Origin: Stegostoma tigrinum
Taxonomy: Eukaryota
Direction: 5' to 3'
Length of the DNA stretch: 64,000 bases
Assembly (NCBI RefSeq): GCF_030684315.1
Contig: NC_081360.1
Location: 29,061,818 to 29,125,817, forward strand
Shown here: positions 40,075 through 52,546 of the stretch, piece by piece
Layout of the letters: each line of letters begins with the position of its first letter
Position numbering within the stretch: the stretch's first letter is position 1
Made by a program: the position numbers and the translations under genes
The notes under the pieces: generated by a model
Databases searched by the model: none
The model's input: the letters and a program-made list of their open reading frames with translations, nothing else
Told to the model about the DNA's origin: nothing

Positions 40075-43000
40075 CAAAAGCACACGTTGCTGGAAAAGCT
40101 CAGCAGGTCTGGCAGCATCTGTGAAGAAAAAAATCAGAGTTAATGTTTTGGGACCAGTGACCCTTCCTCAGAACTGATTGTAGCTGGGAAAACGTTTGTT
40201 TATATACAGAAAATAGAGACGAGAATGGGGTGGGCAGTAAACAATAGGATAAAGGTTAGAGGCAGAAAAGAGAGAGAAGCGCAGTAGGATAAATGAAGGA
40301 GTTGATAACGATCTGGCTAAGAGGGTGAATCATTGTTAATGGGACCTGTTAGTGACTGACAGTAGGTAGTATGTAATGGTAGGCTATGTGATATCAAGAC
40401 CTGATATGTCAGGTAGGGGCTAGGATATAGGAGAGTTTAGATCCTAAAATTATTGAACGCTACATTGAACCTGGAAGGTTGCAGGGTCCCCAAGTGGAAA
40501 ATGAAGTGTTGTTCTTCTAGCTTGCATTGAGCTTCTTTGGTACACTGCAGCAAGCTAGAGACAAGAAATGTGGACCAGGGAACAGGGTGGTGTGTTAAAG
40601 TGGCAGACAACTGGAAGCTCAGGGTCTTTTTTGCAAGCAGAATGTAGATGTTCTGCGAAGCGGTCACCCAGTCTACGCTTCACTTCCCCAAGGTAGAGGA
40701 AACCACATCATGAGCAGCAAATACGGTTGACTAGATTCTGGGAAGTGCAGGTGAAGTATTGCTTTGTCTGGAAGCTATGTTTCGGCCCTTGGATAGTGGG
40801 GAGGGAGGATGTAAATGAGCTGGTGTTGCACCTTTGCTGGTTACAGAGGAGGGTGCCATGGAGCTCTGGGGGTTGTTTGGAGTGAAGGAAGACTGGACCT
40901 GGGTGTCCCGGAGGGAACAGTCCCTGTAGAAGGCAGAGCAGGGACGGGAGGGGAAAATGTGTCTGGTGGTGACATCTGGCTGGAGGGTCCGGAAAGGGTG
41001 TCTGGATCTTCTGGATGTGGATGTTGGTGGGGTGGTAGGTAAGGACAAGGGGAACCCTATCACTGTTGCGGGCAGGAAGAGAGGGGTGAAGGCGGAATTG
41101 TGGGAGATGTGTCAGTCCTTTTGAGGGCCCTGTCAAAAACGGTGTTGGGGAATCCTCAATTGAGGAAGAAGGTGAACATTTCATAGGCTCCCTTGTCAAA
41201 GTTGGCCTGATCTGAACGTATGTGACAGAGATGGAGGAACTGAGAGAATGGGATGGAGTCTTTATTGGAAGCAGGGTGTGAGGATGTATAATCCAGGTAA
41301 CTGTGGGAGTCGGTGGGTTTATAGTGATATTAGAGGCAAGTCTATCTCCAAAAATGGAAGCAGATATTTTGAGGAAGGGAAGTGAGGAGTCAGCGATAGA
41401 CCAGTGAGGGCAGGGTGGAAATTGGAAGCAAAATCATGAACTATTCCAAATCTGGACGAGAGAAGGAAGCAGCACCGATGATATCATCGATATATGGAAG
41501 AAAGAGTTGTGGGACAAGGCCAGAATAGGACTGAAACAAGGAATGTTCCATGTCCCCCACAAAGAAACAGGCATAACTGAGGACCATGCGGGTACCCCAT
41601 GACCACCCCTCTGACCTGAAGAAAATAAGAGGAGTTAGAAAAGAAGTCGTTGAGGGTGAGGATGAGCTCGGCCAAGCAGAGGAAGGTGGTGCTGGGTGGA
41701 GATGGTTCAAGTCTTTGCTTCAGGAAGAAGCGGAGAGCCCTAAGACCCTCTGTGGGGAATGGACGTGTAAAGGGATTGCACGTCCATGATAAAGAGGAGA
41801 TGACAGGAACCTGCAAACTGGAAATTTTGAAACCGGCGTAGGGCATCCGAGGAATCACGGATAAATGTGAGCGGGGATTGGACTGGGGAGAGAAGACTGA
41901 GTCAAGTTAGGAAGAGATGAGTTCTGTGGGGCAGGAGCAGCCTGAAACAATGGGTCTGCCCAGACAGTCGTCTTTGTGGATTTTTGGAAGGATGTAGAAA
42001 CGAGCTGTGTGGGGCCGGGGGACTATCAGCTTGAAGACAGAGCCAGGGGGAGGTCACCAGGTGAAATGAGATCAGTTACTGTAGACACAATGGCCTGATG
42101 TGTCATGGTGGGGTCATGGTCCAGGGGAAGATAGGATGAGGTATCTGAGACCTGCCTCTGCAATGTAGAGATCAGTACACCAGACAACATAAACACCACT
42201 CTTATTGGCAGGCACATGGGTTAAATCTAAGCACACCGAGTGCAGTCAGTTCGGGGGGAGATGGGTTGAATTTGGTGAGGGAGTGAGCAGAGAAATTGAG
42301 GCAACCAATATAATGTCAATATTTCTCAGTGAACAGATCGAGTGCAGGTAAAAGGCTAGAGACAGGAGGCCAGGTGGAAGGACGGTGCTGGAACTGGACA
42401 AAGGGGTCTGTGGGATGGGGAGAGGACTCGTGTCCAAAGAAATGGGAATGGAGCGGAAGACGGCGGAAGAAGAGTTTGATGTCATGTCGTGCCCAAAATT
42501 CGTGAAGGTTGGGACACAGAGGAATAAAGCTGAGGCCTTTGCTGAGTACAGAACATTTCAGCATCAGAGAGCGGAAGCTTAGGAAGGATGGTGAATACCC
42601 AACAGGAGATGGGGTTGGGAGAGGAATTGAAGTCAGAGGGAAGAGGAGGAGAGGAAGGTTCCAGAGGGCCATGAGTACCTCTGAGTTGTTGCATCTTGTG
42701 GGCCTTGATACCTCAAAAGAAAAAGTTTCTTGTTAGCACAACAAATGAGTCGGAGGACGAAGTGGAACTGTGGAATGATGCAACTCTGAGCCAGTATTTT
42801 GCAATGGTGTTAGAGAAGAAGGTCAAGAGTGTGCATGTGATGTGCATGGTACTGAGTGTGGATGTCAGGATGTGGTGAAAGCAGTTGTCTGTGGAGCTTT
42901 GAAAGTCATAGAGAAATCTGTGATCCTGGGAGAATTCAAAACATGAGGGTTGAAACTTCAGTCAGAATCCACGTGGGGTGAGGGTGAGCTGGGGGCAGTC

Positions 43001-43227
43001 ACTGAGGAATGTGACATGGATGTAGAAACGAGTTTTACCAAATACTTGGTCAAACACCTGGACTGACAGTGAAATTAATGTCGATGGACAGGAACAAAGA
43101 TTGGAATAGAAATCCTGTCGGAGAGAGGAACAGAACTTCTTCAAGGTGGGCATGCCTAGAAGAGATGTGGTATTGAGTTAAATACTAAATAAAAATCGAA
43201 AGAACTGTGGATGCTGTAAATCAGGAG
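40075..43227 (-). mobile_element. Near full-length, decayed Penelope-like retroelement (RT + GIY-YIG), circularly permuted, 13-bp TSD
   Basis: SVLSKGLSFIP, GV.MG..GP, LFLPYIDDIIG (~41470-41506), RVPLVLTYHP, FTCTSQNLV.RI, EEQHFIFHLGTLQP; TAAAATTGTGGAA at 40062-40074 and TAAAATTATGGAA at 43228-43240. Confidence 0.92.
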
Positions 43228-43309
43228 TAAAATTATGGAATCTGACGTACAGAATTATGAGAATAAACCCATACCGTTACATTCTGTGGCACCACACTTC
43301 AGAATTTTT

Positions 43310-44285
43310 ATTTTATTCTCGTGAATTGGCATCACTGACAAGGGCAATATTTATTACCCAGGCTTAGTAACCCTTGAAAAGGTGATGGTGAGCCATATTG
43401 TGAACATGCTGCTTTCCTTGTATGAAGATTGTTAGTTAGGTAGTGCCAGCATTTAGACGCAGTGATGAAGAAGAAATGGCAATATATTTCCAAGTCAAAA
43501 TGATGAGTGACTTCAAGAGAAATCCACGGAGGTGGGAGTCTCATCTTGTAGTGTTCAGATGAAGAAGCCTTGGTAATTTGGTATAGCACCTCTGGTTTAT
43601 GGGTTCTTTCTTGTCCAGTGGTCCCTTGAAATGAAGAAGATACTTGGCGTAGAGTATAGCTGATGACAAGAACTTATGCATTGTTCTTTTAACACACGCA
43701 GGTTATTGCACTGCAGCTCCAACATGGTTCTGGCTGACCATGAAACTCCCCTGCTCTTATGCCCAGGATTTGTAGGTTGAGAATCAATCTGGTTGCCATG
43801 TTACAAACACACTTTCAATAGCCTTCACTATAGACACATATAGAATGAAGAAGATACTGAATGTTTAAAATAGTGGAAAGAGTCAAAAAGCAGATGTCCT
43901 GAATGGTGTTGAATTTTTTGGGTGTAGTAAGAGTTGCACTTCATTGAGGTAAGTGAGAGCATTCCCTGGTTTGTCCCTTGAAAATCATAAAAAGACCTTG
44001 GAATTCAAGACATGGGTCATTTACTGTGGAGTATTCAGCCTCTGACCTGCTGTTGCAGACACAATCCTTATGAGGATGTTCCAGTTAAGTTTCTGTTCAA
44101 TGATGATCTGCAGAATATTGGTGGGACATTCCACAATGCTAATGCCATTGAATGTCATGGGGAAGTGGTTAGAAACTCTCTTACAGGAAATGATCATTGC
44201 TTGGCAAATGTGTGGCACAAATGTTCTTTGCAGTTTATCAGACCAAGCATGAGTGTTGTCAAAGTTCTGCTGCATCAACTTTAAT
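43310..44285 (-). mobile_element. Decayed second-family CR1-clade LINE
   Basis: HAWSDKLQRTFVPHICQAMII; tail reverse complement at ~43320-43400. Confidence 0.7.
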
Positions 44286-44969
44286 ATTCCATCATTTTAG
44301 TCTTTCTACGTTTCAATGACAAATGAACACTTATTGATTTGGCTTTAATGCAAATGTCAAACATGCATGTCAACTGAATTCTATTTTGTAAGGAACTTGC
44401 TCAGGATAGACTTGTATTTGATTTAATTGTCACAGTGGTGGGCTAATTCAGTCACTGGAAGCCATTGGCAATACTGTCATTGCAATTCACTAATGCCTGA
44501 ACACAATTAGAAAGCATTCAGGCATCCACCTGTTCAGCTTCTTGGCTTCTCAGGTCCTGCATGATGGATATTACACCTCTCAGAATTATTAATAAATCAT
44601 AGACCTAAGCTGAATAGTACCAGCAATTTCACCAGGAGTGGTGGTTTCTTCCAGTACTGCAGCTGTCACTTGGAGGAGGAGCAGTCAGGTTTACCCCAGG
44701 TAAACTGGGTAGGCTCATTGGGTCCAGTCAGGTAGTTCAGAGGTTGCAATGGGAATTGGGTGTCCAAAGGAGGGATAATTTAAAAAGGATGCAGTTTTCT
44801 TATCAAGGCAGCCCTTGCTACCAGCCAATCACATTGACCACAAAAGCCCAAGGAGGAGAGACTTTGCGCTCAAACCACTCATTAATTTATATTCCGATAA
44901 TGTGGCTATCTGCCTCTGTTACCACTGGTCAATGCTGCAAAGATTGTAGGAGTGCAAGAGGATTAGGAA

Positions 44970-45565
44970 AATCATAAACTAGCAAAAGATTATTAAAAGA
45001 ATACACAGAGGCTGAAGTTAGAATATTGAAGTAGACTTGCTGCAAATATGAAAAAAAACAGTCAGAGAGCTTCTACAAGCATATAAAAAGACAGTAGTCA
45101 AACATTATTTCCTTTTAAGAATGAAATTTAGGATTAATAATAGGAAACAAAGAAATTGCAGAGATTTTCATCTCAGGAGATGCAAAAAGCATCCCAGGAA
45201 TAATTGAAAATCAAGGGGCAAAAGGGAGAAAGGAACTCAGAACAATCACTATCACCAGGAACAAATACAGAAATCTTATTCACCCAAAGACTGACAAAGT
45301 ACCTGCACCTGATGAACTCCATCCTAGGATCTGGAAAAATGGCTGTGGAGATAGTGGATACGTTTGTTTTTAAGTTTCTCCTGTTCTTTAGATTGTGGAA
45401 ATGTCCCAAAGGATTGGAACACCACAAATGTCATACCTCTATTCAAAAAGGAGGGAATCAGAAAGCAGGAATCTATAACCCAGTTATCCCAATGTCTAAC
45501 ATCAAAAAATGCTATAATCAGTAAGTTCATGACAGTCAGCCTCAGTATCATTAGGGATGGTTTTT
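44970..45565 (+). mobile_element. CR1 ORF2 internal fragment
   Basis: SLDCGNVPKDWNTTNVIPLFKKEG; acaaagtacctgcacctgatgaactccatcctagg (PGPD..HPR-like). Confidence 0.75.
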
Positions 45566-46063
45566 AGAAGTATTATTTTATTGTTAAGACGTTTTCAAGC
45601 ACTCTTTGTTCTTGCAGAAACCAGAATATCGTACCAACTTCCAAATAATTTACTCACAGCATTCAGACTTAATATTCGATTCAGTCATTCCACCTCCTGG
45701 AATGTTTTTTGCTTGTGATGTTTCAGTTAATAAAAAGCTGGTTTTTGCAATTGGCACAAGTATTATTGCCTGAATGAAAATGACTGCGCTGTAGAGAATT
45801 TCACACTTCTTTGGAGAAGAGGACTGCCTAATTTATCTAATTAAAACAGGCATCAGATTTTTAAAAAGACATTAAAGTCTGCAGGCATCAGGAATAAAAC
45901 ATCCTCTGTGAACAGATTATGCATTTATCCTGGAGCTATTGGAGAAGTTTTGTTACTTCAATTATAAACTAGCACAGTAGGATTTATTTAGATTTGTGAT
46001 GGATTGATAGGATAATAAAACTGAAATTTGTCTGTTATGAACGTTTGAATAATCTATTTCTGA

Positions 46064-46321
<258 letters not shown>

Positions 46322-47047
46322 TGAGACAAAATTTTACTCCCATAACTTTTATGGATTTAGCCCTTGCTCACATGTGGCATTTTTAAAAGGTTACTCAACC
46401 AACTAAAGCGCAATTTCCAAAATCAGAATGCTGCAGGAATTTAGTTTGAAAGCTTGAGTGGACAGCAGCTTAGGTGTCAGTCTTTTAATTGGCCTCAATG
46501 TGTAATATAGCTGCACAGGGCCAACTATTCAGCAAGATGGTGTGGATGAGGGGGGAAAGCACATTACACTTTTAGGTTCTAGTAGCAAAATTCTGTCAAC
46601 AGATCAAAAAAGATAAAGAGTGAATTTATATTTATTAATAAAAAATACTGTAAAAGAATAGCATGCTCCTCCTTTTCATTGCCAACAGGCTTTGAATCAT
46701 GGGATCAGTTAATCAACAACAATTTATCGTAAGTTGAGGCAGGTAATGCCAAATCTGTTATACTCTTGTTTCCCTGCCCTAGGTAGTGCAAAGAGCGACT
46801 TCATTACTCTATTTATATATTAATTATTGAGCCACATATAGACCCCAGTAACAATAAACATTTACATTTTTCAGTAATCACTGAAATCTGCTGATCATTT
46901 AAGACTCTTGAATACTTTTAGAATTTATAGTGGATAGTGATCAGTTGAATATATTTTTAACACATTTAAGTTGAAATGATTTTGGAATTAAACATTCTAA
47001 ATTTTTATTTTTCTGCGATTAAATATCGTTGTTGACTTCATTTTTAG

Positions 47048-47149
47048 GTCGTAACCTTGTGGTACAGAGCACCAGAAATTCTAATGGGATGTAAATTTTA
47101 CTCGACAGCAGTAGATGTTTGGAGCATAGGATGCATCTTTGCAGAAATG
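47048..47149 (+). CDS. CDK2: CDK2-like exon 5
   Basis: tttag|GTC...ATG|gtattt; [34 protein letters not shown]; 102 bp. Confidence 0.96.
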
Positions 47150-47964
47150 GTATTTATCTTCAGAAATATAACTAATTTATAAAATATGTATGTATTTTTG
47201 TTTTTACATGTATTTATATGTATATATAAAATATGTATTTATTTCTTCTTAGTATTTTAAGAATTTTTTTCCTTTTGAAGTCTGAGGAAAATAACACGTA
47301 TAAAAATGTGTTGAATGATCTTATTGCTGAAATGTCATCTGTGCATCTATTAAAAGTCTCGAATACATTTTGACACCCCAGTACATATCAAATTTACTTC
47401 CTATACCTGGTAATAGAAAGACTGGGAATTTTGTTTCGGGTTTGGGACAGTGAGATCAGGGTCCTGACTGCCTACTCATGTCAAAAGTTGTCATCTGACA
47501 TAATTTTTAAATGAATAACAAATTAATAGCTGAAGTGCATGTTTGCCATCCCATTAAATATGCTGAACAAATTCTTGACACTGAAAGACCAATAGGAGAT
47601 TCTCCAACACAAAGGAAATGCAAGTTTGCTGGTAAGGGAAAGGGAGGACGCCACAAGATGGAGGCACCCTCTCAGCATTTCCAAAAGTTTTGAAAACAAA
47701 AATGGTCACAACCGCAAGAGCGCTATTGTGGAGGGACATGCAGAGAACACTGCAGACTCAGCTGTGGCTACTTTTCTGCATTGTCATCATTGCAGGGATG
47801 GGTTGAGCAAATAGCTTAACTTACTATGGAACTCTGGGCCCTAGACCTGCTAATAGGAGACCATCTTCTTGCCCTGAGCATGGTTTGGCCACACGCAGGA
47901 CCCAGATACCAACTGGAAAATTCCCATTGGTGTAGGAAAGGGGCATTAAATAGACTCCTTAGTT

Positions 47965-48135
47965 ATAGTCATAACAATGTACAGCATGGAAACAGACCCT
48001 TCGGTCTGACTCATCCATGCCGACCAAATATCCCAAGGTAATCTAGTCCCATCTGTCAGCATTTGGCCCATATCCCTCTATACCCTTCCTATTCATATAC
48101 CCATCCAGGTGCCTTTAAATGTGACTGCCTCACTA
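47965..48135 (-). mobile_element. HER1/CR1 3' tail fragment
   Basis: acagcatggaaacagacccttcggtc is the reverse complement of the tail at ~10995-11025. Confidence 0.75.
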
Positions 48136-49607
48136 GCACTGCATCTCCAACTCAGCCTCCTTAAAATGGCCCAGAAGTAGGAAATGCTGATGATTGATGT
48201 GCAGCTGTCTCGCAGCAAGTTTTCTGCCCTCTGCTGCCTTTGGGAACAATTGAAAATCTGGTCATATATATACCAACATGTCACAATATATAAATTCCAT
48301 GCCAGCATTTATAACGGGAATTTTCTGTTCCAAAGCATTAAGGTTTCACTATCATTTTATTGTTAGACAAATTAAGTCACCCTTGAAAAACTTAATATCT
48401 GACTGGATATTTCTACAGTTGGAAACCTCTTTCACTGCGTCTGAATTGGTACCAATTACAAAATTTCCCTGTGTGCAATCTATTCAGCATGAGTATGTGT
48501 AATTTTCAAAATATCATGCAATGCAATTTGAGTGTGAGCATGAATTGAAAATAGGAGTGACTTTCCTTCTGTGAAGATTTTAGTCACATCTTTTCAAAGA
48601 CTTTAAAGAAACTGAGGATTGATTTGCATGGGCAACTTTTACATTATCGACAAACTTTAAATTTTGTATTACTCACAAACAGCTTCTATCATTAAAATAG
48701 GCGCAGTTAGGTAGAAGACCTAAGGATATCTTTTACATTAACTTGGACACTGTTCATAATACCAAAATCTGTCCTAGTGCTCCCAGACCTATCCTTTCAG
48801 TATGTTTCAAGGCTCTGGAAACATATTCAAAATCCTCAGGACGAATGGTGTACATCCTGCTGTTCCAAAATGCAGTAGCTACTCCAAACTTGATATGAGT
48901 ATTCTTAGTACTACCACATGGCTAAGCATCCTGTTCTCATAAAACTTTGACTGACAGTGAACAGTAATGCAGAAAATGTGTTGAATATAAAAATAGCAGA
49001 TATACAAATTTCGTAATCATATACTAGCTGGGTTACATACTTTATCAGTTTTTGTGATTTACTTGGATGAGAAAACACCCAAATTTCATTTAATATCCTT
49101 TCTGTGTTTGCTGGTTTGAACTGCAGCTTCAATTGGTTTATTACAGTCAGCTTCAGTATTAATATGGATGGAGATTAGGCACCGGGGATGGGGTGGGAAA
49201 AGCAAGACTTCTTTTTGATCTTAAAATGCATTCCAAAGAAGATTCGTGTTGAACTTGAAATGTTAAGTTTACTCACAAACATCCCAGATGATGCTAAACT
49301 TGCTGAGTTCCCCATCACTTTCTGTTTTTATAATAAGATCCCTCATTTAGATATTAAGTAAGAAAAGTTTGGCCTTGGATTAGTGTCTTTTATAGTTTAA
49401 TAATGTGTTGACACCCGTGTAATCTCACGGATGAAGTATAATAAATTGGGTGAAGAACTAAGATGCAGTTGGATCCCTTGCCCCAATGTCAGATTTCATT
49501 TTCAACAGAAAATGTAAATGAAGGGGATAAAATCAATATAATTCCACAGATCTATGCCCTATACCAATCACCTATAAGACCTATATGAATTCTTTCTTCA
49601 ATTAAAG

Positions 49608-49811
49608 GTCACAAGAAAACCTTTGTTTCCTGGAGATTCCGAGATTGATCAACTTTTCAGGATTTTTCGCACACTTGGTACACCAAATGAGGCTATGTGG
49701 CTTGGGGTAACACAGTTACCTGATTACAAAGCAAATTTCCCTCGGTGGGTCAGACAAGATTTCAACAAGATACTACCCAATCTGGACATAGATGGCAAAG
49801 ACCTACTAATG
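49608..49811 (+). CDS. CDK2: CDK2-like exon 6 (GDSEID motif)
   Basis: taaag|GTC...ATG|gttagt; [68 protein letters not shown]; 204 bp. Confidence 0.95.
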
Positions 49812-49847
49812 GTTAGTAGTATATCCCAATAAATTACTATTCTAACT

Positions 49848-50330
49848 TATTTTCAAAAAATATACTTTATTCATATCATATGTAAAAATATATTACATAA
49901 CAGTTCAATATTAGCATTAAAGTACAATCCAATTACTTTCAATATAATTGAGGTGCCTTACTACGCTTACAATTTCCGACTAAACTTAAAATATCTAATC
50001 CATATTAATTATCTAGTTCAAGGTGTTGTACATTTCATTCTAGCCTTCTCAGTGTACCATGGCAGCGGGGCTTAGACCATGATCTTTTCCCATTCAGTCT
50101 TTAAGGCTGCTAGCCCAAGCTTCAGAGTGTCCCTCTGTAGTCTTGAAATTGCAATGTCTCAATCTACAACTGTCAGTCATTGACAACTACTTGCAATGGA
50201 AGCTTCAGGCTAACCAAAGAGCATCTTTCTCTGAGTTGATGGTCCTCCGTAGTAGTTGATATTTGTCTAGGCCCATGGCTCTGGGAACAGCCTTCAGAGA
50301 ATAAAGACTTGTATTGTGGGATATAATTCA
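49848..50330 (-). mobile_element. Tx1/L1-clade LINE 3' remnant
   Basis: Minus strand ends tgaataaagtatattttttgaaa; degenerate translation LFPEP..TNINY.RRTINSEKDALWLA resembles a Tx1-type ORF2 C-terminus (recalled similarity, not searched). Confidence 0.5.
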
Positions 50331-51976
50331 CAGTTGTGTATCCATTTATAAAGTGGCGTAGATACTGCTCATAACTTTAAGGAATGTCTTTATATCAGTA
50401 CCCTGTTGCTGTCCCACTGAAAACATATATAAATGTCAACATATCAGTTGACCTTTGTCATTTTGAAAAATACCTCCAAAAACAGGGTTAATTTATTTGC
50501 TGAATAATAATGCATGGTGTGGATGTTCACTGTGTTTGTTGTTTGCTATCCAGGGTCTGCTCTGTGTGAGCATACTTTAAACTCCTGCACATGGTCATAA
50601 TACACCCCGTCCTATCTGCTTGATCACTTATACTTAGTTGTAAGATACTGTAAGTAAAGCATCCATTTGTTGGTGAAAAATTGAAGCTGACTAACGCAAA
50701 TATGACCTGTTGTGGCTGAAACATTGAGCAATTTGACTTCCATGTCAAACATATAATTATGCGCATACATGCTTTTTGGGGCAAACAGCTAGCCGTCTAA
50801 AAGGCCAGGCTGACTTCCATGCTGTAGTTTTTTGAGTTAGATTTGACCTGTTGGGTCTCACATGCTAAATTAAGGTTGCAATATCCAAGTACACGAGTTG
50901 AATTGTACCATTGTTTCTTCTTGTCATTCTGTGGTACAGATTACAGAATTTTTTGCTTTTAAGAGGACAGTAAAATGGCAAAGGCACACAGGATTTAGAT
51001 CTGTAATTTTGTTTTAAAATACAACATCAAATTTATAAAGATATTAAAATGGTGGGTGAGACTGTAGGTTTTGTAAATAGGGATAGAATTTGATTTTGTA
51101 TGATAGCATAAATGGCTGATGGCAATGTGCCTGAACATTTACATCTTCCAAATTTTGCATTACATATTCAACATGCCTTAGACTATAAAAATGATTGACC
51201 TTCAACTTGCACAGATGATTTGTCAGGTTGCAGTAAGAATTGTGTGTATGAATAGGTAACCATAAGAAAGTCCAGAACGTGAAAAGGATAGAGAAGAGAT
51301 TCACTAAGATGATTCAAGGATAAAAGAATTTCAGAATGTTAAGCATTGATCTGAAATATATTCAAAAACAGTTCTGACCAGTGCATAGGAAAAAAAAAAT
51401 CCCACTTGTGGATGAATCATCAACAGTGAACTTAGAATGAGCAAAAGATCCAAAAAGGTTTGGAATATATTTTTATGAAGACGATTGATACAACAACAGT
51501 AAAGCAGAAACTATGTTAAAGGAAAATGTTCTAATATTTGAGAAACCTTTAAAGAGGAAGGAGGAAGGGCAGGGAAACTAGATTGAGTGCATAATTATTT
51601 CAGAATATTAGGCTGGTTAGATTCAGTTGGAAGCAATTTGTTACCTTTCTAGACTTATATTTCTTATTGTTAAATGGTTTCCCAGTAGTTTTCTGAAGTT
51701 TTTACATGTTATTAATGAGCTCATATGCATTTAACAACATGCTCTGCTGTTCTTAACATGATAAGATTCCTGAATTTTCTTGTTCTTGTTTATCATAGAT
51801 TTAGGTTGAATGTTACATTCTTTGCTGTTAGTTCTCTATAGGAAATTATATGCTGGTTAATTTTTTAAAAATTAACAGTAGTTATTTTAATCAGAAATGT
51901 CCATCTGTGTTCTTGTTACTTTTAGAGACCAATAGGTAAAATAAAAGATTTTGAAACGTTTTCTTTTCATTTGTAG

Positions 51977-52081
51977 CAAATGCTCCAGTATGATCCAAAC
52001 AAGCGGATTTCTGCAAAGGTTGCTATAAGTCATCGATATTTCCGTGATGTCACTATTCAACTGCCACATTTACAGCTGTAA
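51977..52081 (+). CDS. CDK2: CDK2-like exon 7, last coding exon
   Basis: tgtag|CAA...CTG TAA; [34 protein letters not shown]; the seven exons sum to 897 nt = 298 aa + stop. Confidence 0.95.
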   Translation, partial: QMLQYDPNKRISAKVAISHRYFRDVTIQLPHLQL

Positions 52082-52540
52082 ATATTTGGTTATTGGAAGA
52101 AAAAGGAACCATCTCAATTTTCTTGCTTTTATCACTTTTACATGAAAGTATTACTTTCTTAACTATCCTAAGTTGCAAAGTTGTATTTGTAGAGTGTTTT
52201 GGCAAGAGCCTAGACAAGTCTGTCATAAAGTTACTAAAAATTAGTCATAAATGCTTGAGATGACATGTAAATACATGTATGATACTAGGTAGGTAGATTG
52301 ATAGGTTTAATTTCTGTTATAGATTATTAGACATTCTATGCAGTTGAATCTGTTGTTAGATTTGAAATCTCATGTTTGTAAAAATATTTTGCAATAGTAC
52401 AAGTGAGAGGTAGATATTTCACAAATATAAATCGATATGCAATGCAGAAATTTACTATAGAGAAGTATTTTTCACAATGATCTCTTGAGATTTTACAGCA
52501 TGTAATAACTTAAACTTTCTGAGATTTTTCTTGTTCCCTC

Positions 52541-52546
52541 AATAAA
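52541..52546 (+). terminator. Candidate polyadenylation signal of the CDK2-like gene
   Basis: First AATAAA I found after the stop codon, followed by T-rich sequence; further hexamers near 53320 and 54080. Confidence 0.4.

Noticed and set aside
40075-43227. Active autonomous PLE or domesticated RT gene
   Set aside because: Multiple frameshifts and stops split the RT and GIY-YIG domains, and the hammerhead GAAA is mutated to AAAA.
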